A stretch of 6,851 nt of DNA from Amoeboradix gromovi X-113 (lineage: Eukaryota; Fungi; Sanchytriomycota), in contig JADGIF010000544.1 in assembly GCA_018985225.1 (NCBI GenBank), positions 1 through 6,851 on the forward strand, written 5' to 3'. Shown piece after piece: positions 1 through 6,851 of this stretch. A program made the translations under genes and the position numbers. The notes beneath the pieces were generated by a model, which made no database searches, was not told where the DNA came from, and was given only the letters and a program-made list of their open reading frames with translations. Numbering within the stretch: the stretch's first letter is position 1; the number at the start of each line of letters is the position of its first letter.

Positions 1-27
1 CGAGTGTATTTACTATAATCAATACAT

Positions 28-651
28 TCAAATATTTTCTCTGTATCTAAGCAATTCTTCAAATTTTATCGATGCTTTTTTGACTCGACTAATTAGAACA
101 CCTTTAGATTAAAGAGTCATCCTTTTCCAAATTCATGAAAACAGAATGACCTTTGGAGATTAAATAAAGACATCCAAAAGATCTTGGAGGACTATTATAA
201 TTTGAAGAAAAGCATCGATTTTGCTCCTCTCCTTGGTCAATACATGCTCTTTTTGTCATACCACGAGGATGGTGAATTAAAATAAAATCACTTGCTTTAA
301 TGTTTTCCGCAATTTTAAAGCCTTTTTAAAGGTAAGTCAGTACTAACTTGAGCAATTGCATAATCCATTTCAATATTGGCTTTGATCAATTTAAATGCAT
401 TGATACGTTAGAACCTATTATCAAGCTCGTATTTAATCCACATGATATCCTTGTTATTGTTTATAATCCTATCCCAATGTCAAGATACAATGTTTAGAAA
501 TAATTATACCGCAAACTGCAGGGCCTTGTTGGTCAGCAATTCCAACAACATATCCATACCACCCAGAAACAACATTTTTAAAAGGATGTGTCTTTGGAAA
601 ATTACAAATATGAATAAAAGACATTAATAACCTTTTTTGTTTCATCTTCAA
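28..651 (-). pseudogene. Degenerate trypsin-like (PA clan, V8/Trypsin_2-type) serine protease; about 3 frameshifts and 1 premature stop
   Basis: Minus-strand frames stitched in order give VVGI...AVCGIIISKHCILT / IINNNKDIMWIKYELDNRF*RINAFKLIKANIEMDYAIAQVSTDLPLK / GFKIAENIKASDFILIHHPRGMTKRAC...YNSPPRSFGCLYLISKGHSVFMNL / SKGVLISRV...*. This follows the motif order GTGFLI..ILTNHH, DYAL, IIQHP.G..K, PGSSGSP, VVALH, GI.IS.I. Frameshifts lie near 478, at the 323-327 homopolymer and near 110; in-frame TAA at 408-410. Confidence 0.6.
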
Positions 652-900
652 CTTTTAAACAAGAATTTCTATCAGTAGGACTAAGAATTGAAAAGTATTC
701 AATGAAATTTTGAAGAAATAAATAGTCAAAATACAATACATGAAACAACTCCTAGTCTAGTCTTTACAGAGTAATAGTGATGTTTTATTTGAAATAAAGA
801 TTGGATGAAAGAGTAAGAGAATAGCTGTACAGAACATTTATTTTTGAAATTTCGATACAAAAAGTTATTTATTTTCCTTTTATACTCGTCAACTCCGCAA

Positions 901-1321
901 CTAGCTGAATGTCCACTCGCCTCTTAAATCCATAAAATTAATAAAGCTGAAATAATGTTCCAAGTTGTTATAGAAAGTTAGTCCAGTTTTTATATTTGAT
1001 GTCCCAATTGTATTTTTGTAGAGGCCTAGACGTGCAATAGACTGCGGATCAGGCAATCTGTTCATTAAAGGATACCACTTGGTTTGACGCACATAACGCC
1101 ATTCCTACAATTTAAAGAATTAATTTCGATCTAGGGATCTTTTTAAAAACCTCAAAATTGGTCGTTTCTTTTAGGCTGTCAATAGAAATGGAAAAATCGA
1201 TTAACAGCCAACACTCTCGAACTTGGGCCTTCAAAATGCACTCGTTATAAAATGCTTTTGCTTGTTTAACTGGCTGTTATTAATTGCCACTGGTTTAAAA
1301 GAATATCACCTCACTATTCAT
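901..1321 (-). CDS. Putative three-exon small hypothetical protein (~112 aa): exons 1321-1310, 1273-1151, 1104-901
   Basis: Two phase-0 GT..AG introns (1309-1274, 36 nt; 1150-1105, 46 nt) join ATG 1321 to a 41-codon open exon and to the listed 901-1092 ORF: MNSE|PVKQAKAFYNECILKAQVRECWLLIDFSISIDSLKETTNFE|EWRYVRQTKWYPLMNRLPDP...WTFS*. AATAAA on the minus strand at 873-868. No recognised domain. Confidence 0.4.
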
Positions 1322-1464
1322 ATCTTTCTGGCGGATGAATGAATTTTTGTAAAAATGGAACACTAGATTATTAACTTGAGCAGTTTGAAGCTTGTTCTGT
1401 CTCAGTCATTGTGGGAAAACAATAACACTATTTTCTACCCAATCTATTTTTTCAAACTATCAAC

Positions 1465-2717
1465 ATGACAGTAACTAATTGGGATTCCATCTTAGAAAGT
1501 AGTTCAACTCTTGATACTGTTCCTCATAGCAAATTGCTGCTGCTAGGTGACAGTAATTCAGGTAAATCAACTTTTATCCAAAATACTTTTCAAACTAATC
1601 CAACAACTGACATCTTAATGTCATATAACTACTACACACATCGCGATCCCGATACTAATGACATACTGATGGATGCAGATGTATATTCAATATCCAAGGA
1701 CCTGCCGATTAACATTGAATTACTCGTCAAAGAATTCTCATTGGACACTATTTGCTGCATATTTCTAAGTTGGGATGAACCTGAGCTATTTCTGCATAGT
1801 ATCCAGAAATGGCTGAAGTTTCTTTTAAATGTTGTAGATGTTGTAGTAAAACGAAGATTTCAAATCGAAAATATAAACTCGACAATATTCATTCCAAATG
1901 AATCCTTTGATAAAAAAGCTTATTTGGAGATAGAGAATGCTAGAACTAAATTAAAAAGAACGCTGCAACTTCTCAAGGAATCTCAATCACGAGATTGGAC
2001 ATTGAGTCAAGATTTGTCCAAGTTAGACGTGATTCCGTTAAACAATGGAAGTTTAGCAGTCAATCTCGGTATCCATATTGTACTTGTACTTTCCAAATCA
2101 GATTTAACAAGAGTTATAATTGATAAGCTGGAATTGACTTCATCAAAGTTAGAATTTATGTTGCAAGCTATACGCAAAGTTGCACTAACTGTTGGTGCTG
2201 CTATATTCTCCATTGATAACACATTAGAAAAGCAAACAACACTTTATGAATATCTATTGTACAGGCAATGCCCATTCGTATTTCAGTTTAGCAAAGAAGT
2301 AGACGGAATATCGATAGACAGATTAGCTATTCCCTCTGGATGGGACTCGCTAGATAAAATAAAATCGATATCTAATGCGTCTAATCTCGATGAGTCATTT
2401 CTAGTTCAAATTGAATATGAAAATAACACGCACCTTGTAAAGATATCCGGCCATTCTCACTATAAGCAGCAATTTCCCGAAAAAATGCAAATAATAGACC
2501 AGGTATTTTGACGCTAATTTAGGAAATTCCAAATACGATTCAGTTTGGGGAATTTGTTAAGGAATTGGCCATACAGTACCCTAATTTATGCAAAGGAAGT
2601 ATGACAAAGGATCAGGAAACAATGGACATAGAACAAAACACAGAATCGCCAAATAATCCGCCGAAAGCCGACGAACTAAATGATTTTTTCCAAAGTTTAC
2701 TAAATAAAAAAAAGTAA
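1465..2717 (+). CDS. dli1: Cytoplasmic dynein 1 light intermediate chain (DLIC), 2 exons (1465-2502, 2523-2717), 410 aa
   Basis: N-terminal W..IL, P-loop LLLLGDSNSGKST, NLGIHIVLVLSKSD, QAIRKVALTVGAAIF and IPSGWDSLDKI are typical DLIC motifs. After removing intron 2503-2522 the frame stays open for 64 codons and ends in ELNDFFQSLLNKKK*, the conserved LIC adaptor-binding helix. Confidence 0.93.
2503..2522 (+). other. 20-nt spliceosomal intron in DLIC
   Basis: CAG|GTATTTTGACGCTAATTTAG|GAA: GT donor, CTAAT branch motif, TAG acceptor. It contains the in-frame TGA that truncates the ORF track, and splicing restores the conserved C-terminus. Confidence 0.88.
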
Positions 2718-3337
2718 CTGATGCATCATAATCTCAACACTTTTCAGAAATCCAATTTTAAATCACTTGCTAGCCTCTAAAGTTCTTCGTCTGAATTAAA
2801 TAAATCATCAATTCCAAATGCATGAGTTCTGTCATTCCACTATCGTTCTCCCTGTACTCTTGCAATTCAATAAAAATAAGATGACCTTTGCTTATCTTTG
2901 GCACAAGGCTTAAAATCGATCCAGCTAGAATTTGTCTAATCCGGAGAAATCACTAGAAGATATATATTAACTCTTACACTCAGAAAATGGTCTAAATGTG
3001 AAATTATTTTCAAAGGACCGCGAAAGAGACTCGCGGAGTTTAATGAAAGCGGTTACTAGTTAAACTTATACTATTAGAGTGACTCTGAAGAAAACTAATT
3101 TGAAGAGATATCTAACATGCTGCCATTTGAAAGTCGATAGAAATGATAAGGCAACGATGAATAATACCAAAGATTCATGCACCGCTAACCAATTCGGCCT
3201 CAGGGCAGTGGAAGCATCAGAAACTGCTATAAGTGTGCGACATCTATATTCTCTAAAATTACTGATTTCTCAAATCAGGACTTTTAATGCTTTAGTGGTA
3301 TTTGAAAAACAAATCTCCTTGAAATTAAATCCCAGTC

Positions 3338-3838
3338 ATGAAGAGACTTCGGATAATAATATCCTCGGATTACCAATCTACATTCTACGAGCTATTAAAT
3401 GAGGCTACGCCACAAAAGTCGAAATCTTTGGACGAGGGTAACTGTATAATATACTCTACTGCAGTAAGAATGATTAGAAAATCACTCCCATTTGACTTTA
3501 AAGTCCAATCAATATTCAAATCTAAGTTATGTTATGAGCGTAAGAACTGGATAGTAATTGTTGACAACTGTACCCTTAAAATCTTCGAAAGATTTGATAA
3601 ATACTCTAAAAGGTTCAACATTATAATACTTACAAATCGGGTAACTGTAGACCCTAAAACGCATGAGTATATATACGAAGATAGAAGCAGTATTCCCGCT
3701 AACAAATATATTAGGAATGTTTATGAAAAATTGGCTGAAGAAGAATATGGTGGGAACTGCGATCCTTTTGAATACAAGTCAAAACTGAAGAAAAGAAAGT
3801 CAAGCCCACTGAAAAAGCAAATTTTGAGGAACAAATAA
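3338..3838 (+). CDS. Hypothetical protein, 166 aa, basic C-terminus (possible NLS); weak P-loop-NTPase-like strands
   Basis: ATG-initiated 501-nt ORF in AT-rich DNA; stop codon overlaps AATAAA; packed tail-to-tail with TFIIB. Contains WIVIVDN and IIILTNR segments. Upstream exons cannot be excluded. Confidence 0.6.
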   Translation: MKRLRIIISSDYQSTFYELLNEATPQKSKSLDEGNCIIYSTAVRMIRKSLPFDFKVQSIFKSKLCYERKNWIVIVDNCTLKIFERFDKYSKRFNIIILTNRVTVDPKTHEYIYEDRSSIPANKYIRNVYEKLAEEEYGGNCDPFEYKSKLKKRKSSPLKKQILRNK

Positions 3839-3854
3839 ATACTCCTATTTATTT
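3833..3854. terminator. Candidate bidirectional polyadenylation element between convergent genes
   Basis: AAATAAAT-actcct-ATTTATTT is a perfect 8-bp inverted repeat. AATAAA on + (3834-3839) overlaps the ORF stop; AATAAA on - (3853-3848) overlaps the TFIIB stop. Confidence 0.5.
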
Positions 3855-5001
3855 ATAGCATGAGCATTTCTGCTGTAACTAGTTTTCGCTTCTTTTTCGG
3901 CAATGTACCTGAGTCTTTTCTTTTTTTAGGCACAGTTAGTGATGCGGATAATGTTGTTCCCAAATCACCCTTCACGCCACTGTCTGATGCTGTTTGACTA
4001 ACCGATGGAGACAATAACACCGTTTCGGTTGTGGCCGCGTCGTCTAATGTGTTAGACCATTGAAGATCGTGAGGAACATGAACATTCCACTCACTTTTAC
4101 ATAGTGTATCATGATTCTTAAACATCAATTTAAGAATGTGTTTGATTGTGGTATCGCTTACTCCAGTAACACCGGATATTTGGCGACAAGTTGTGGGATC
4201 ACCCATGATATGGCAGGCTAATAAAATTGCGCCTGAAGCAACAGACAAGGGAGATCTTGAAGATAGCGACAAGACTTCTCGGGCTTTAGTTGCTATAAAT
4301 ATCGCCATGTTCTCAATTTTCTGAGACAAAGTTAGCTGTGAGCAGTATCGACTTAAGAGTTGCTCCGCAGCAACTCCTTGGACGCCTGTTACTTCTGGCA
4401 TAGAATCAGCTAAAGGCTTGTCCACTAACTTGAATACTCTACCAAGCTCTTTTTTACTGACTCTACAAGAATGAGAAATTTCCTTAAATGAGCGGTTTAC
4501 TCCTGCTTGTCTAGAAGCAATTAGAATACAAACTGCTTTAACCGCAATAGGATCTTTCCCTTTTGCGAAACCGCCTTCCAGGATCTTTCTAAGATTTTCC
4601 TTGGACATGTCAACAATTCTTTTTGGAAGAGACATTTGATTAGACATAATTTCTAATTCTTGAATTCCAGCAATTAATTGCTTATCTAAAGAATTAGCAG
4701 TGTTTCTTATATGAATTCTTTGAAGGTTTAGTCCTCTTCCATTTTCTGAGATGACAGTATCTAATTGACGATTAGCTCCAAGAATGGGATCTGCTGCATG
4801 CCCTGCTCGTGCGGGATTAGCGCTTTCATCACTGAAATTCCTCCATTCACTTCTGCTATCAACCAGTCTACCATCACTAAGAATAAGACCGCAGTCTCCA
4901 CATATCAAGTCCCCCTGCTTAAAATCTTCAATAACATCAGTAGGAGGACGATTACATGTGGAACAAAAAAGCTTTATGGAAGAGAAACTTTTTGGACCCA
5001 T
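3853..5001 (-). CDS. SUA7: Transcription initiation factor IIB (TFIIB), 382 aa, apparently intronless
   Basis: Zn ribbon CSTC...GDLICGDCGLIL, B-reader DSRSEWRNFS..NPARAG, two cyclin repeats (ACILIASRQ-type helix, RSFKEI, SKKELGRVFK, RYCSQL, RSPLSVASGAI, ISGVTGVSDTTIK). Confidence 0.96.
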   Translation of the reverse strand: MGPKSFSSIKLFCSTCNRPPTDVIEDFKQGDLICGDCGLILSDGRLVDSRSEWRNFSDESANPARAGHAADPILGANRQLDTVISENGRGLNLQRIHIRNTANSLDKQLIAGIQELEIMSNQMSLPKRIVDMSKENLRKILEGGFAKGKDPIAVKAVCILIASRQAGVNRSFKEISHSCRVSKKELGRVFKLVDKPLADSMPEVTGVQGVAAEQLLSRYCSQLTLSQKIENMAIFIATKAREVLSLSSRSPLSVASGAILLACHIMGDPTTCRQISGVTGVSDTTIKHILKLMFKNHDTLCKSEWNVHVPHDLQWSNTLDDAATTETVLLSPSVSQTASDSGVKGDLGTTLSASLTVPKKRKDSGTLPKKKRKLVTAEMLML

Positions 5002-5328
5002 TTTTGAATTTGGTGGGTAATAGTCATTGATAAATATTTATTATGTTTTTCGAGCTGGGACCCAATCAATTGCCCTTGCAATATTAAACTAAATATAGTT
5101 TTATTGGTCGGTTTTCTAATTCACTGTTGAGAGCTCCTTTATCGGAGTTTCTAGATAAAATTATTCAAGAAAAACAAAGAACAAACCATTGATGTTGGTA
5201 CCAAAATTTGACCGGCATTTTATATTTTACTTAAGAAGGTATAGAGTGCAATACTCTGCGATTAACGCTGGCAAATTATTGCTCTCAATCATTTTATTTT
5301 GAGATGCTTAAAACCTCCTCCATAAGGT

Positions 5329-6591
5329 ATGTCTGTTCAGTTAACGGTTCCTCATCTATCAACAGATCAGCTAGTTTCAGTATCCAGGCAGCGATGGGTT
5401 CAGTTAACCTTGTTTTCCTTGTTTAACTTTTCAAATGCTAGTTTATGGATATCATATGCTTCTGTTGCAACCATCTCTGCAGAGTATTACTCAGTATCTA
5501 CTTCTGATATAAACTGGTTGTCATTGGTGTTTATGGTTGTCTTTTTACCATTCGGGGCTCTAAGCATGATATTACTTAACCGGAATTTAAAATACTCCAT
5601 TCTGTTAGGAGTTTTGCTTAACTTTTTAGGTGCATGGATCAGGTACATTGCTGGAAAAAACTATTTTGTGGCTCTTTTTGGTCAAATATTGGCTGCTATA
5701 GCCCAAACATTTGCACTAAACTGTACTACTAAATTATCCTCAACGTGGTTTCCTCAAAAGGAAAGGACTCTCGCCAATGCTATCATGTCTCTCTCGAACC
5801 CAGTAGGAATTGCATTTACTATGGTACTAATTCCTTCGATTGTATCCACTCCAGATGATGTTCCGTTTGCCTTGTTGATGTTGTCAGCTATTGCGTCATT
5901 ATCCTTGGTATCGATGGTCTTTCTTAAAAGTAGACCACTAGTTCCACCGTCTCGGACTGCGATTGCTAACAACATCGACTTTATGGGGTCACTAACTACA
6001 GCGTTTACAAACAAGAATTTTGTAATTTTAGCTTTTGCCTTTGGGCTACAAGTAGGGCTATTTAATGCGGTAACCACAGATATCCAGCTGATATTGGATC
6101 CTTATGGATACACTCCTGATGACGCTGGATACTGCAGTGCTGGCTTTGTTATAAGTGGGTTATTGTTTGCTGGAATAATGGCACCCATAGTAGACAAGAC
6201 GGGAAAGCATGTGCTAATAATGAAGGTGTTTCTAGTTTTGCTGGGCTTGCTTTACATGGCGTTTACTTTAAGTTTGCATCCCAATGTATTTACGCTTATA
6301 TTGATTATAAATATCGGACTGGGGGCAATGACTTTTGCACTTTTACCCATAGCATTAGAATTAGGAGTCGAAATTACATATCCTGAGCTACCTGAAGCAT
6401 CCAGTAATAACATTTTGTGGACAGTTGGACAGATATTTGGTATAGTTGTATTGCTAGCGTTGGATGCATTTAGAGAAGCAGGGAACTTACTAACTGGAAT
6501 GTGGATGATATCCTCAATTGCAATTTTATCTAGCGCAACGTTTTTATTCTTTAATGGCACGACACGGCGTAGAATTATTGAAGAAGCTTGA
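5329..6591 (+). CDS. Major facilitator superfamily transporter, FLVCR/SLC49-like, 420 aa
   Basis: About 12 hydrophobic segments with family-typical motifs RWVQL, INWLS, GAWIR, GQILAAIAQ, WFPQKERTLA, LELGVEITYP; AATAAA at 6603-6608 downstream of the stop. Confidence 0.92.
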   Translation: MSVQLTVPHLSTDQLVSVSRQRWVQLTLFSLFNFSNASLWISYASVATISAEYYSVSTSDINWLSLVFMVVFLPFGALSMILLNRNLKYSILLGVLLNFLGAWIRYIAGKNYFVALFGQILAAIAQTFALNCTTKLSSTWFPQKERTLANAIMSLSNPVGIAFTMVLIPSIVSTPDDVPFALLMLSAIASLSLVSMVFLKSRPLVPPSRTAIANNIDFMGSLTTAFTNKNFVILAFAFGLQVGLFNAVTTDIQLILDPYGYTPDDAGYCSAGFVISGLLFAGIMAPIVDKTGKHVLIMKVFLVLLGLLYMAFTLSLHPNVFTLILIINIGLGAMTFALLPIALELGVEITYPELPEASSNNILWTVGQIFGIVVLLALDAFREAGNLLTGMWMISSIAILSSATFLFFNGTTRRRIIEEA

Positions 6592-6707
6592 TTGTTTTCT
6601 TGAATAAATCATTTATCGCGAATTTGTATGCATTTTTGTATCATTTCAAGACTTTTCCAGATTTTTAGAATAGCTTAAATACTCGATATTCTTCCTTTTC
6701 GCAAGTG

Positions 6708-6851
6708 TTAAATCAATTCTAAAGAAATAACTAGCAGGTACAGCATACATTCGTCAACACTGGGGAACTGGCCCAAACATGGAAGAATTAGATGTCTTTC
6801 AATGCCTAGGCAGCAATATCTGCACAATTTATTCAAGGAACGCTTGAAGTT
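6708..6851 (-). CDS. Possible 3' end of a convergent gene running in from the window edge
   Basis: Minus frame is open from the edge for 47 codons (NFKRSLNKLCRYCCLGIERHLILPCLGQFPSVDECMLYLLVISLELI*). No recognised motif, and plus-strand frames are open to a similar extent. Confidence 0.25.
   Translation of the reverse strand, partial: NFKRSLNKLCRYCCLGIERHLILPCLGQFPSVDECMLYLLVISLELI

Noticed and set aside
145-285. Plus-strand open stretch NDLWRLNKDIQKILEDYYNL...GELK* followed by AATAAA
   Set aside because: No in-frame start near its 5' end or compatible nearby upstream exon, and it overlaps the better-supported minus-strand protease motifs.
469-559. Two minus-strand intron candidates (559-525 GTATGG..CTGAC..AAG; 509-469 GTATAA..TAG) that restore a frame (SGWPCSLRIINN)
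   Set aside because: Splicing would delete the protease-like GIIISKHCILT block and the product still stops at TAA 408-410. A pseudogene explains more, though this model is not strictly excluded.
442-627. 61-aa plus-strand ORF
   Set aside because: Antisense to the protease relic and has no recognisable motif.
2007-2222. 71-aa minus ORF
   Set aside because: Antisense shadow within DLIC.
3120-3206. tRNA-like 5' end on the minus strand (GCCCTGAGGCCGAATTGGTTAGCGG)
   Set aside because: A-box/D-arm resemblance only; no GTTCRA T-arm, anticodon stem or matching acceptor strand.
3079-3402. 107-aa plus ORF
   Set aside because: GTG start is unlikely in a eukaryote, there are no motifs, and it overlaps the better ORF 3338-3838 in another frame.
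4136-5020. Plus-strand ORFs 4136-4324, 4765-5007, 4784-5020
   Set aside because: Antisense shadows of TFIIB.
5230-5330. U1/U2 snRNA based on ATTGCAC and an Sm-like ATAATTTG on the minus strand
   Set aside because: No ACTTACC 5' end or GTAGTA branch-pairing sequence, and the element order does not fit U1.
5754-6560. Minus ORFs 5754-6077 and 6252-6560
   Set aside because: Antisense shadows of the MFS transporter.
1-6851. Alternative genetic code (TAA/TAG reassigned) to explain interrupted frames
   Set aside because: The three conserved genes have no internal TAA/TAG over about 1200 codons, and DLIC ends at TAA right after its conserved helix.

Overview
AT-rich, very gene-dense eukaryotic DNA using the standard genetic code, most consistent with a compact fungal or early-diverging holomycotan genome. 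Three genes are clearly recognisable: a cytoplasmic dynein light intermediate chain (+, 1465-2717), whose conserved C-terminal helix is recovered only by splicing a 20-nt intron; general transcription factor TFIIB (-, 3853-5001); and an FLVCR/SLC49-like MFS transporter (+, 5329-6591). Reading by hand also suggests a decayed, apparently intronless trypsin-like (V8/Trypsin_2-type) serine protease pseudogene (-, ~28-651), a possible unannotated three-exon small gene (-, 901-1321), an orphan 166-aa ORF ending 14 bp from the TFIIB stop around a two-strand poly(A) inverted repeat, and a hairpin-rich stretch (~3010-3230) that may be a structured RNA. No rRNA, complete tRNA, CRISPR array or intact mobile element is supported. 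All family assignments come from motif recognition, not database searches.
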